Shown here: positions 26,352 through 39,780 of the stretch, one piece after another
How the letters are laid out: every line of letters starts with the position of its first letter
How positions within the stretch are numbered: position 1 is the first letter of the stretch
NCBI GenBank assembly: GCA_951406725.2
Contig: OX597817.1
Span: 110,112,001-110,176,000 of the forward strand
Origin: Octopus vulgaris
Taxonomy: Eukaryota
Direction of reading: 5' to 3'
DNA: 64,000 bases
Made by a program: the position numbers and the translations under genes
The notes under the pieces: generated by a model
The model's database searches: none
Told to the model about the DNA's origin: nothing
Seen by the model: the letters and a program-made list of their open reading frames with translations, nothing else

Positions 26352-27965
26352 TCGGTATTATTTCAAGATTTTTAGCCAATAGAGAAAGAGCCGGCTTCTA
26401 ACCTAGATTTAAGGCTCCTTCATTGAAATTTTGACATCAACAACAGGATATATATTCATGTATGTATCTATACATAGGTGCAGATTTGTATGTTTTTTAT
26501 GCATGTATTCTCATGCATATAGTTGCATATCTAAATATGCTCATATATATACTTCAATGATAAACTTCTGGGAAGTTTTACAGATTTTTAGTTTCAGTGA
26601 TGGCTTGGATCTGTAGTCTTCAAATCAGCTTTCTCTTTTATGGTTTTGAGAAGCCTAATTTCTCAAGACTGGTATTTGGGTAGTGTGTTACATATTCCAG
26701 TGCACCAATAATTACAAGTATAAACCTGAACTTGGGATCTTTTCCTTTTGAACAGCACTTTGTAACATAATTTCTAGTTAACTAAACACTTTTAAACTTC
26801 GTATACTGGTAGAATGTGTTTATAAAACATCATTTTTTCTTGGCTTTATTGAGAAAATTCTATAGGTTGTAAGATATTTTGTCTTTAATTTTGAGCATTT
26901 CGGCAATTTTAACCAATCGCTGGAGTTCATTTAGGTAAACAACATTCCGTGCTGTATGAATATATCCCTCCTTTAAGAAACAGATTGGGTTTATTTACAT
27001 TTGTGAAGAAAAAAAGATACCCTTCCCCTAACCCTAAATCTAAAATAGATTGAAATGCAATAGATCGATACTAGGGCCATAATTATGGGTGATATTTTCA
27101 TTTGACACCGCTAGAAAAAAATCCCATTTTCCGTAGCGGTGTCGTATGAAACTGTCACCCATAATAATGGCCCTAGTATCGATCTATTGCATTTCAATCT
27201 ATTTTAGATTTAGGGAGAGAGTTAGGGGTGGGGGAAGGGTATCTTTTTTCTTCACAAATGTAAATAAACCCAATCTGTTTCTTAAAGGAGGGACATATTC
27301 ATTATGCACAGAATGTTATTTACTTTAAATGGACTCCAGCGATTGGTTAAAATTGCCGAAATGCTCAAAATTAAAGACGAAATATCTTACAACCTACAGA
27401 ATTTTCTCGATAAAGCTAAGAAAAAATGATGTTTTATAAACACATTCTACCAGTATACGAAGTGTTTAGTTAACTAGAAATTGTGTTGAAAAGTGCCGTT
27501 CAAAAGGAAAAGATCCTGAACTTGTAATCTGGATAGAGTAACTGCAGATTTCTCAATAGTTCAGCATAGGTATTCTCTTCTTCACTGATCTTCAGCTTTA
27601 TGTTAACAACTGCTGGGCATCTGATTTCTACAATTGTATACAATTTCTTTTCTCTGTCCTAAATCATTATATCAGGCCTATTGAGCTTATATTTTATTGA
27701 GGTTCTCACTGGGACATTCCACTAGTATTCCTATTTATAATGGCTTCTTCCATACTTATTTCTTTGTCCTCAGGGTTATCCTTCAGACAGATCTCATTAT
27801 ATAGTATCCTAGCTACAACATCATGTCTCATCAGTAAATAATACAGTGATGACATTTTTGGACAATTGCTTATGATGTGGGTGATATCTTTGCTGTTAAC
27901 TCCACAAAGTCCGCATCAGTTATCACAGTTTCCTACTTTTCCTGCATCTCTGTACATTTTTGTTA
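26352..27965 (-). mobile_element. 3' fragment of a restriction-like-endonuclease (R4/Dong/NeSL-type) non-LTR retrotransposon, split by a palindromic MITE
   Basis: Minus strand encodes CGLCGVNSKDITHIISNCP (CCHC), RHDVVAR, NRPDIMI, and YAELLRNLQLLYPDYK|FRFILVIIGAL across the MITE insertion. Confidence 0.75.
26735..27516. mobile_element. ~780-bp near-palindromic MITE with GG..CC ends and 8-bp TSD (Merlin-like)
   Basis: Arms of ~380 bp are reverse complements around a short spacer at ~27115-27135; termini GGATCT/AGATCC; TSD TGAACTTG at 26727-26734 and 27517-27524. Confidence 0.88.
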
Positions 27966-28340
27966 CTTATTTATATATATGTATATATATATATTTATAT
28001 GTATATTTATATAAATTTATATGTATAATTATATAATATACTCACACACACATAGATATGCATATATAAGTGCAGGCATGACTATGTGATAAGAAGCTTG
28101 CATCCTAGCTACATGGTTCCAGGTTCAGTCCCGCTGTGTGGAAACTTGGGTGTCTTTTATGATGGCCTTGGTCTGACCAAAGTTTAGTGAGTGAGTTTGG
28201 CACAGACAAACTGAAAGAAGCCTGTTGTATATATATGTATATATATATATATATATATATAGCAAAAGCTGTCCGATGAACGGCAACGGGGAAACTCAGA
28301 GTAACAGGTTTTGTTGAATTTTCTGCTGCTTTAAATAAAG

Positions 28341-28378
<38 letters not shown>

Positions 28379-29694
28379 TCTATGTGTGTGTATCTTTGTC
28401 CCTGTGTTTGTCCCCTACCAGCACTTGGGAACCAGTGTTGGTGTGTTTACATACCCATAATGTAGTGGTTCAACAAAAAGGCATTGATAGAATAAGTACT
28501 AGGCATAATAAAAAATGAGTCCTGAGGTGAATTTGATTGACTAAGCCCTTTCAAGTTGGTGCTCCAGTATGACCACAATCAAATGACTGAAATGAGTAAA
28601 AGATACACACACACACACATAAATTATCTAACCATTGTGTCTGTATCTAGTAGTTAACCGATGAAGCACATTCACTGCCTATGGCTACCTGATGTCATAT
28701 ATATAACAAATGACAGAATAGGAAGAGCATCCAGCTATAGAATCCAACCCAAAACAGACTATGAAACCTGGTGCGGCCCTTGGCCTTGCCAGTTCTTATC
28801 AAGTTGTCTAACCCATGCCAGCAGGGAAAACAAACATTAAGTGTTGATGATGATGAAGGCTGTAAGATAGCTTAACTATTCGGATATGTTTTTCATTCAT
28901 GATTTTCCTTATGCAATAGTTGAGATTGACTGTAATGCATTTTACATTGATGCTAACCCTTGTGAGGTTAGCATCGACGAAAATAACAGTTACTATAGCA
29001 ATGATAGCATTTCGAAAAAGTTCTTGTACAGCCATAGCCTGATCATAAATAAAACATATGCCTAAGTAGATAAATTACATAAAAATCTGTGGAAAACAGC
29101 AGAAAAAAATAAACAGAAATAAATGAACAAATATAGAATTATCTAATGAAATAACTGACCTGAGATACTGAATGAATTTTTCATGTATTGATAGAGGTTT
29201 TTCTTTTAGTTACATTTCTCTTGAGGAATATCATTTATGGCTGATTTTTCTGCACCTCCATCTTGGCATATCAAATTGCTTCTGAACCATGAGGGATATT
29301 TCAGGCAAATAGATTTTATTTTTAGTGGTGATATCGGATATTCATAGATACCGTAGTTATACAAAAGTACAAATCTCACCAGATAAACACCCTATTACAG
29401 AAGGAAGAAATGGACAAAGAAGCATTTGAAGCATTTTTCTGTCCCTTCTTCTTTAATAAAACTCTGATTAATGCATATCAATCAAGATTTAAGATCAAAG
29501 GAAACAAGTTGTGCATGTTCTAACATCACTTTTATGACTTGATATAGTTGTAGTTACGTATGATGATAATTATATGATTATGATGATGATTATAAATATG
29601 TTTACAATGTTTTGCAAGTTATGTGTAAGCTCAAGGCCACACATGCTGGAAGGTTAAAGTTTACTTCAGCAGTATTTGAATTCAAAACCTAAAC

Positions 29695-30440
29695 AGATCA
29701 TCATTATCATGATGATGATGATCATCATCGTTTAACATCTATTTTCCATGCTAGCATGGGTTGGACGGTTCAACTGGGGTCTGGGAAGCCAGGAGGCTGC
29801 ACCAGGCTCCAGTCTGATCTGGCAGTGTTTCTACAGCTGGATGCCCTTCCTCATGTAACCGAATATGTACCGAATACCACCAGGAATTTTTTCCAATGTT
29901 TGAATGTTGTCCTCTCCATCATCATCATTGTCATTGTTATCACCATCATCACTGCCATTATCATCATCATCGTTGTAATTGTTATCATCATCATCACTGC
30001 CATTATCATCATCATCACTGCCATTATCATCATCATCATACATTCACTTTACTATGCAAGCATGGGTTGGACAGGTTTTCTCTAGTTTGTGTGTGTGTTA
30101 ATATATATATATATATATATATATTATATCAAATGGAAATTGTTGTTGTGATACCCATGCCAGTGGCACATAAAAAGCACCATCCGAATGTGGCTGATGC
30201 TAGCACCACCTTGACTGGCTTCGGTGCTGGTGGCACGTAAAAAGCACCAACTGATCGTGGCCATTGCCAGCCTCCCGTGGCACATAAAAAGCACCCACTA
30301 CACTCACAGAGTGGTTGGCATTAGGAAGAGCATCCAGCTGTAGAAACACTGCCAGATCAGACTGGAGCCTGATGCAGCCTCCTGGCTTCCCAGATCTCAT
30401 GCTAGCATGGAAAACGGACGTTAAACGATGATGACGACGA
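29695..30440. repeat. Inverted pair of RTE 3'-end fragments around a compound (CAT)n microsatellite
   Basis: 29730-29850 is the reverse complement of ~30320-30430; (CAT)-rich tract at 29915-30040. Confidence 0.75.
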
Positions 30441-31093
30441 CATTTACTACAGTCCATTACTGTATCCTTTATGAAGTTCAACCTCTTCAGATCAGTTTTT
30501 CACCATTTCTTCCCTTATCATTCGTGGTTTTCTTCTCTTGCATGATTCTTCCATATGGATTACTCAGTAATTCTTTACCCAACTGTCAACTTTAATGCTC
30601 TGCATTACATATTCATACCATTACATGTCCATACCAGTCTTCTCTCTTACATCATACATCTGATTTTTGTCAATTTATCTGTGCTCCATTATTCATTCAT
30701 TTGCAAGTATTACACACACAAGGTTCAGGGTGGTGGTGGGACATGGCTGCTTCATTTCTTTTAAGCTTTCACACTTCCTTTGCACTCAGCACTCAATGTT
30801 TTGTTTCAATGCACCATTGAACTACTATGTTTTCAGAGCGTTTGCCTCCACTAACTAGGTTACCTACTCTAGGGTCACAAATATGGGGAAAAGTATTGCT
30901 GACTACTGACACTATTACTTGACTAGAACTTTATCTTGTTGTTGTTGGAAGAATGAAAGGTAAAATTGAAATCAGAATTCAAACAACCTCAACAAATACT
31001 ATAAGGCATCTTTTCTGATGCTCTAATGATTCTGCCAATCCAGTGCCCTACTACTGCTACTACTACTACTACTACTAATAATAATAATAATAG

Positions 31094-31127
<34 letters not shown>

Positions 31128-32484
31128 CAGTAGGAAACAGTTGATCAAATCACACCTAGTACTTGACTGGTATTTTAAGTTATTGACCCCCCAGAGGAGT
31201 GAAAGGAAAAGTTGACCTTGGTGGGATTTGAACTCAGAACGTAAAAATGATACAACAGATACTGCTAGATTTTTTGTCCACTTTTAAGCCACAAATTTTT
31301 CTGAAGAGATGTAATCAGTTGACTTGTCTCCAGGGCTTGACTATATATATTTATTCTTTCAATCCTAGTGAAATGAAAAGCAAAACCACCCCTGACAGGA
31401 TAAGAAACTAAATAGTATAAAGCGATTTAATTCATTTCTCTATCATTTTGGCTTCTTTATTCTACCATCATCATCATCACTGTCATTGTTATGGACAACA
31501 CCATCTCTTGATCACTTCTAAAATTTTTTAATTTCTTTTTACAGCAATAAATTATTTTGTTCTCATGATGGTCCATAGTAACATTGAATATTCCTGTATT
31601 TTCTTGATTAGAGGTGCTTAGTTACAACTTAAAACCCTGGTTAAACAATCATCATCAAATCTTCTTCATCATTATCATCATCAACATCTTTACTCCCATC
31701 ACCATTTTCTGTTACTGACATATCCTCCTCCACACATCATCATCATCAGCATCATCCTCATTATCATTTCTCATCTATTATCATCTCTACAGTCATTCCT
31801 ACAGTCATCTTTATCACTGCCCTTCCACACTCCCTAACATCATCATCATCATCATGACCACCAGTTCCATCATCACTAGTACCACAGACATCCTTAATGT
31901 TTTTTAAGTGCATTTTTCCATAAATTGACATAAGTCTGGCTTTTATAGTCAGTTTCAAAGAACTGAAATTAACAGAATAATGAGCTAATACCAAAACGGT
32001 CGGGGTGAGGGGGGAGAGGGAGTGAAATATATAAGGAGAGACAGACAGATAGACAGACAGTATGAGAGAGAGAGAGAGAAAGACAAAGAGTATGAGAGAG
32101 AGAGAGAGAGATAATGGTCGGTGTCTTGCCAGCATTGTAATAGCTGTAAGATAAAGTTGGGTATTTTAGTGGTGAAAATGGTGTTAACAGCTACAGCAGA
32201 AGTGGTAGTTGTAGTAATAGAGGTAGTGGTAGTGGTGGGTATTTCGGTTAGTGGAAATGGAGGAGCTAGGGATTGTCAGAGTCATTACAGTGTTGAACAA
32301 AAATGGCTGTGGTATATATATATATTCCAGCTGTTTACCTTCTAAGTTCAAATCCCACTAACGTTACTTTTGCTTTTTATTCACATTAACCCTTTTATTA
32401 GCATATTTCTTATGGTATGCACCGTCTTCATTTCAGTTCGATTTTAAACTAATGAAGAATTTAGTTAAATAACTGTGATTATTA

Positions 32485-33640
32485 AGCGAGCTGACAGAAT
32501 TGTTATCAAGCCAGGCAAAATGCTCATCAGCATTTCATTTGTCTTTACATTGTGAGCTCAAATTCCACCAAGGTTAGCTTTGTCTAGAATCCTTTCAGGC
32601 TCAAGAAAATAAGTACGGGTTGTGGACTGAGGGTGACATAATCGACTGTCCCCCTCCCACTAAAATCCAGGACTCGTGTCTATAGTAGAAAAGATTATTA
32701 AGCTTGTGTAAGACAGCAAGCCAACAGAATCATTAGCACACTAGGCAAAATGCTCGATGGTATTTTGTCTGCCTTTACGTTCTGAGTTCAAATTCTGCCA
32801 AGGCCAACTTTGCCTTTCATCCTTTCAGCATTAAGTGCCAGTTGAGGACTGGGGCTGCTTAACCTCTCTGGCCTTGTGCCACAATTTGAAACCCTTATTA
32901 AGCTAGTGTTTTGAATATAATCTAATATGAAATTTTGAAAGTATTATTTGAGATCATTTTAAACTAGAAAGCTTGTATCATAAAACCTGATGCAGTCTTA
33001 GGTGAGTTTGCTGAAAAGTGGAATAAAACATCTTCCAAATGCTTTCCATTTCCAAACATTGCAGAGTCCAACCCTTCTTAGACAGTCTTCCATGACAGCT
33101 TGTAATATATCTGACCCTAGCATGCCAGGCAAAATGCTTAGCAGTATTTCATCCATCTTTATGTTCTGAATTCATATTCTGCTATGATCAACTTTGCCTT
33201 TCATCCTTTCAGGGACGATAAAATAAGTACCAGTTGATCACTGAAGTTGAAGTAATCAACTTAACCCCTTCCCCCAACTTGCTGGTTTTGCGCCAAAATT
33301 TGAAACACCCTGTGCTTGGGGAGACTTATTGAGTCAAGTACATCGACATCAAAATAAATATCAAATGGAAATTGCAGTTGGGATACCTGTGCCGGTGGCA
33401 CGTAAAAAGCATCATCCGAATGTGGCCGCTGCCATCGCCGCCTTGACTGGCTTCTGTGCCAGTGGCACGTAAAAAGCACCCACTACACTCATGGATTGGT
33501 TGGCATTAGGAAGGGCATCCAGCTATAGAAACACGACCAGATCAGACTGGAGCCTGGTGCAGCCTCCTGGCTTCCCAGACCCCTGTTGAACCGTCCAACC
33601 TGTGCTAGCACAGAAAACAGACGTTAAACAATTATGATGA
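32485..33640 (+). mobile_element. Cluster of three SINE copies (ggcgagctggcagaatcgttag family) followed by an RTE 3' end
   Basis: Copies at 32485, 32712 and 33115 share gagttcaaattc...ctttgcctttcatccttt; others at 43335, 47730 and 37185. RTE tail at 33320-33640. Confidence 0.75.
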
Positions 33641-34739
33641 TATGGCCATAAAGTTTTAATTTCTGGTTGAATATCATTCTTCAATTTCTATAGTGATTGT
33701 TGCTGGTTTACATAAAATATTCCTATAACTCCCAAAGGGGAAAAAAAAAAATCAGGAATGGTCAAATCTAAAATAAGAAGCAATTTCTACATCACTCTTA
33801 TTTTATGATTGTGTGGAGAGAAATATTGCTGCTCTGGTGATGTTAGTTGTAGCAGAAGTGGTGGAAGTGCTGGTACTGGCAGCAGCGGCAGCACTGCTGC
33901 TGATGATGATATACTGGTGGGAATGCTGATTTTAGTAAGGATGCTGTGTTAGAGGTATTGGTCAGTATAGGTGATAATGTTGATAATGAAGAGTGTTAAT
34001 ACATTAATGAAGGCAATTTTACAGCGTAGCCAGCTAAATGTCAAACAAAAATTTTTTACTACATTCCACTGGAATGCTTAATTAAGTAGATGCTTAATGT
34101 TCTCACACTATTTATCATTTCCATTGCAAAGTAAATATACACCCACACATCCACGTAGAATAAAAATGTCCAGCATAGCTGTGTGGTTAAGAAGTTTACT
34201 TCATAACTACACAGATTCATGTCCAATCCTGCTGCATGGCACCTTGGATAGGCAACTTCCAATATATTCCCAGGTCAACCAAAGCCTTGTGAGTAAAATA
34301 TGGGGCTGCGTGGTAAGAAGCTTGCTTCTCAATCACATAGTTCCTGTTTCAGTCCCACTATGTGGCACCTTGGGCAAGTATCTTCTACTATAGTCTCAGG
34401 CCAACCAAAGCCTTGTGCATGGATTTGTTAGACAGAAACTGAAAGAAACCCATCATATTTTTGTGTCTTTATGTTTGTGCTTGTCCCCCACTGCCACTTT
34501 ACAACCGGTGTTGGTGTGTTTACATCCCCATAACAGTTCGAAAAGAGACCAGTAGAATAAGTACTAGGCTTTAAAAAAGTAAGTCCTGGGGTTGATTTCT
34601 TCAACTAAAAACCCTTCAAAGTGGTGCCCCGGCTTGACCACAATCAAATGAGTGAAACAAGATAAAAGATAAAAGAAGGTAGAACATTGTGTGGAAGTTT
34701 GTCAGAATGACCATTCCCCTCCATAGAGAATGAACTTAA

Positions 34740-34960
34740 CCCTTTAGCATTCAGATTACTCTGTCAAATGTATTGCTTATCTATTCACACTGTCTTGAAT
34801 TTATGATACATTATCTTGTAGCTTCAAGGTTTCGATAACATGATTGCTTATTTTCAGAATGACATTGTAGAGTAGGTGTGACAGGCTTGACACTGACCAG
34901 TTTGAACATATTACTAGTAGAATATATGGGCTTGGTATGGCCAGTTTGAATACTAAAGGG
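34740..34960. mobile_element. piggyBac-like MITE
   Basis: TTAA on both sides; TIRs ccctttagcattca / tgaatactaaaggg. Confidence 0.8.
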
Positions 34961-35461
34961 TTAATCCATCTACCCACTTTAACATTAGTACATACCTGTT
35001 GGGTATCTTTTGTGGTACACACTCTATAGAAAACAACAGGACCAGGACTTCTTTCTCATATTAGTCTCAGAGACCTTGTAAAGGATCATAGCACTTGTTG
35101 TCAGGACTGTCTTGCCATGGGTACACTGGGTAGTTGCTCAAGAGCCCCACAGATCAGGGCCCCAATTCAGACCCATGTATGGTGTGGCTTATTGTCAATA
35201 AATAAATACTGTAGGGTCTACTGCACTGATTTGCTCAGGGGCCGACATGGCTGCTCCAGCAGCATTGTTTGCTGTTCCTTTTTTTTCTGGTTGTAAAAAA
35301 GAAATAAACATTTATAAGTATTAAGCTGAACTATATTACAGTTGTTCTGTTGTATTTCTCAGCAGTATTCGTTGATGCACTTGTTTCAGTCACTTACACT
35401 AGAATTTATGTAATTTAGTGTTGAGGCAATTCATCAATCAACCTAAATATTTAGAAGCAAA

Positions 35462-35720
35462 GGGATCTTTACCTTTTGACCGACAGATTTAAAAAATAAT
35501 TTTTTGTAACTAAACACTTTCAAACTTCGTATACTAGTAGAATGTGTCACATAAAACATCTTTTACTCTTGGCGTTGTTGAGAAAATTCTGTATTTTGGA
35601 AGTTATTTTTTGTTAAAGTTGACGTATTTCAGTAATTTCAACCAATCAATGACATGTATTCAGCTGAATAAAATTACTGCTGTTGTTTGTCAACAACAAC
35701 TTCCAGCGATGTATATTTCG
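35462..35720 (+). mobile_element. Single arm of a MITE related to 26735-27516
   Basis: gggatcttttaccttttg...actaaacactttcaaacttcgtatact.gtagaatgtgt is shared with the palindrome and with 57070-57325. Confidence 0.7.
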
Positions 35721-38700
35721 TTGTGTATTTGTATATTTGTGTGTTGTGTTCTTGGGCAAGACACTTTATTTCACATTGCTCCAGTTCACTCAGTTGTAGA
35801 AATGAGTTGCAACATCATGGGTGCTACGCTGTATAAACCTTTTCCTTTCCCATAGATAACATCAGTGGCAGGGAGAAGGAGAGGCTGGTATGCATATGCA
35901 ATTGCTGGTCTTCCATAAACAGCATTGCCCAGATTTGCGCCTTGGAGGGGAACTTTTGAGGTGCAATCTCATGGTCATGCATGACCGAAAGAGATCTTTA
36001 CCTTTACCACATTTATTTATGCCATGCATGCATGCATATTTGTATATTTGCCTATGTTTTTATATATATGCCAATATTTATATTTACACTGGTCTAAAAA
36101 ATGTCTTGTGTTGTCTGTGTGTTGTATTCTTTTATGTTCTGTAACTTAGTGCCTTGATAAACAGGGAACTGTAAAATAGGTTTCCCACTCAAATGGGTAC
36201 TATGGTCGATGCAATTGACTGCACCCTCACAGGCGATTCCCTTCTTTGGCTACAGTCCAATCACCAAAACCAATAACAGAATAGACACAAATAAGAATGT
36301 AGAGCTGAATCATGTAGAATTGAAATATGCAGAAATGAAGAACCTATGAGCTTGTGGCTGTAGAATGAACTTCTTAATTACTCATATACATATACATGCA
36401 TATACCTATGCACACACAAACATATGTGCATGCACACACACACACAAACATACTCAGATACGAATGCAAACATATACATGCACAGAGACACAAAGTTAGG
36501 CACTCACACACACACACGCACTCACAGATTTATGCATATATAGACACAAATGCAAACACACTGAAACTCACTGACACACACACACACACAGCACTGACAT
36601 CTTTGAGTAATGGCAGTAGATATAATAAAACGATAAGGATATCTGCAGTAGCTGGATCAGATTTATTCTTTATTTTAACTAACCAGCCAACAGTCATACT
36701 CCTTCATCTGATCTAGATATAATAAATAAAGAATAACAAAAGGAAGCTAATACCATCATTCATTACCATTATACATCAATATTAGCACAGCCACCAGCCT
36801 CTGGTCAGCAGCCATTCCATAAGGTCTGCTTGACCTAGGCTACTCAATAACAACTGTGCATATTTGCTTGTTTGTTTGTTTGTTTATTTAGTAACAGCAG
36901 TTGGTATGCAATAGTGTTGTTGGTTACAGGTTTCCGGCAGATCAATCAACTGTTTCAGTATAGTTTCTGACTATAAGAATGATAAGGAATGTGTCTGTAT
37001 AACTTGGTGCAGAACAAACATCACAAAGAACTCCATTCAAAAAACATCAGTTTTTCATTTTACTTTCTTTTTCTTGCCAATAATTACATTGGGAAAAGAT
37101 ATTCTTCCATCTGTCCACCTGTCTATCCTTCCTTCACTCCAGCCACCAATACACACACACACACATACACACACACAGAGGACATTTGCCTTTCATCCTT
37201 TCAGGGTCGATAAATTAAGTACCAGTTACGCACTGAGGTCAATGTAATCGACTTAATCTCTTTGTCTATCCTTGTTTGTCACCTCTATGTTTAGCCCTTT
37301 GTGGGCAATAAAGAAATAAGACCCCCATAAACACTATTGTAGATACCGGATGTCTTACATTCATAAAGTAAACACAATTTATATCATGTAAATGAAAGAC
37401 ATGTTAAAACCAGATTTGTTATTTGCATTCATTTTTATAGCTTAGGCATGTGTACATGGAGGAAGTGCCAATGATACGTATGTATGTATGTATCTACATA
37501 TGGATGTATTCATCTCAGAATATGCATTACTAAAATTTTCACAGATGCATAAATTGCACCTGACTATTTGGATGTGATAATACAGAGTAATGAGGTACCC
37601 TCATTGAGTGAGGAGTGAAACTTGTTCATATTACCTAGTTTAGGTCTTGTGGTGGAGCTGGTAATTCACCAGTTATTAAGTGTTAGAGTAATTCCATATG
37701 ATTGTGTATGGGAGTCAACTCTAGCACACTAGATAGGAGTAATCTATTGTGACTAAGTACTCACTATAACACTCAGCGGTCACAAAATGACTGACTCCAC
37801 AACAGGACATGAATTGGTTAATAAAATAGTTTCACTCATCATTTAATCAGCCTTAATCAACCTTACTTAGAGCCTATAGCTGCTTCACTATTCAGCTTTA
37901 TCCAAACAATCTATTTGACTCTGTTGCATCTGTGAATTTTTAGTAATACAGATGTCAGACAAACAAGTACAGATACATCAACTTCCCAGATACTGATGGT
38001 TAGGAACTTCTTATAATCCACACTAATTTACGCTTAATGTACAGGTGCCTGTATTTCATTTAATTTATTTAAGTAAATTTAATATTTGCTTAATTTAGAG
38101 TGTATTGACCCTGATTCAGAAAAATCAATCATGGGTGCCATTTACATAACATTGATAACAGCCATGACTATGATTTCATGGGTACCATTTATGTGACTGC
38201 TGCCAGTGTTGTATAAATGGTACCATGAAACGTAGTCATGGTCATTACCAGTGTCATGTAAATGGAACCTATGCTGGTGGTACATAAAAAGCATTCATTA
38301 CACTCTTGGGATGGTTGACGTTAGGAACCATGCCAAATCAGACTGGAACTTGGTGCAGCTCTCCACTTACTAGCTCCAGTCAAACCATCTAACCCATATC
38401 ACCAGGGAAAGCAGACGTTAAATGATGATGATGGTGATTATGGAAAGTGTTCGGAACCAAAGGTCCTGGAAAATCGATGTTGTACCTGTACTCTTTTCTC
38501 ACCTATTGAGGGCTTGGTGTATAGTCTGACAAAAGCAACTCAACCAGAACTTTGAAGTTACTTTCAACCTTTTCCATGCTACTTACATGTATTGAGTGAT
38601 CTTTCAGTTAATGTTTTTATGCATAACTATACATAAAAACTAACATTAGTATTGATGTGTTGTGTTATAATACTTTATGTTGTTCCACAAACATATACTT

Positions 38701-38723
38701 ATTTGAATGTTCTTAATTTTCAG

Positions 38724-38776
38724 ATTTATCGACATTCATTTTTGGCTAAATATGAACTCTATGAAGTTGCTACAAG
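38724..38776 (+). CDS. DPP4-family exon D (IYRHSFLAKYELYEVAT-R)
   Basis: Acceptor aattttcag, donor gtaagg at 38777; conserved YRHS motif (WRHS in DPP4, containing the Arg125 equivalent). Confidence 0.92.
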
Positions 38777-38944
38777 GTAAGGTTTCTTTCATTAAACAAT
38801 TATTCTAAATCCAGAAACTATATATTAATTAATCCAAGTGTTCAGCTTTCTTTTACTATGGCTACATAAATCTATACATTAGCAAGAAAATATTTATTTA
38901 TGTAATTATTAGTTAAATAAAAAATAAAATTTACATAGTGAATT

Positions 38945-39780
38945 ATACAACGATGCAAATGATCTTATTGGTTTGTAATACTAACTTCAGGAAACCTGCC
39001 AGACACCTATTCACATACCAGTCTGGTGGACACACTAGTCAAATTGACTATGTCCTCACCAGAAAACAGGAAAGATGTCTACTTATAAATGCCAAAACCT
39101 TGCCAAGTGAAGAATGCATCTCATAACATAGATTAGTGGTTAGCGACTTCAGGATCAGGGCTAAATGGATGTCCAGAAGACGACCAGCATGGAGAAGAAG
39201 GGTCTGGAAGCTTAAGGATCCTATGAATGGACAGAGATTTAGGGACATATTATTCAAAGCTTTTGATGAAATAGAGGAGGATATAGCATCACGTGATGTG
39301 GAAGACAACTGGAGGTTCTTACAGGGCAACCTGTTGGCTACTGACCAGATCTGTGGATGGTACAAAGTCCACTCTCGACCCAAGATAATGTGGTGGTGGA
39401 ACAATGTAGTTGACAGGGCCATTAGGGAAAAGAAACAGGCTTGAAAGGACTAGAAGAACAGTGGTAGCAGGGAATTGTATCAGATTTCCAGAATGTGACC
39501 TTTGTCAGTGTAACCGGATTGGCTCCCCTGCCAGTGGCATATAAAAAGCACCATTCAAGCGTGGTCGATGCCAGTACCACCTGATTGGCCCTCGTGCCAG
39601 TGACACATAAAAAACTCCCACTACACTCTTAGAGTGGTTGGTGTTAGGAAGGTCATCCAGCTGTAGAAACTTTGCCAGATCAGATTGGAGCCTGGTGTAG
39701 TATTCTGGCTTGCCAGCCCTCAGTCAAACCATCCAACCCATGCCAGCATGGAGAGCAGATGTTAAATGACGATGATGATT
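38945..39780 (+). mobile_element. RTE LINE fragment: APE endonuclease C-terminus plus linker joined directly to the 3' UTR
   Basis: NTNFRKP...TYQSGG..SQIDYVL...HRLVV and WWWN..V..AI.EKK, then the same 3' end as 60530-60775 with (GAT)n. Confidence 0.85.

Noticed and set aside
29756-30240. Poly-His, poly-Asp, poly-Ile and poly-Met ORFs
   Set aside because: They are translations of a (CAT)n microsatellite between RTE tails.
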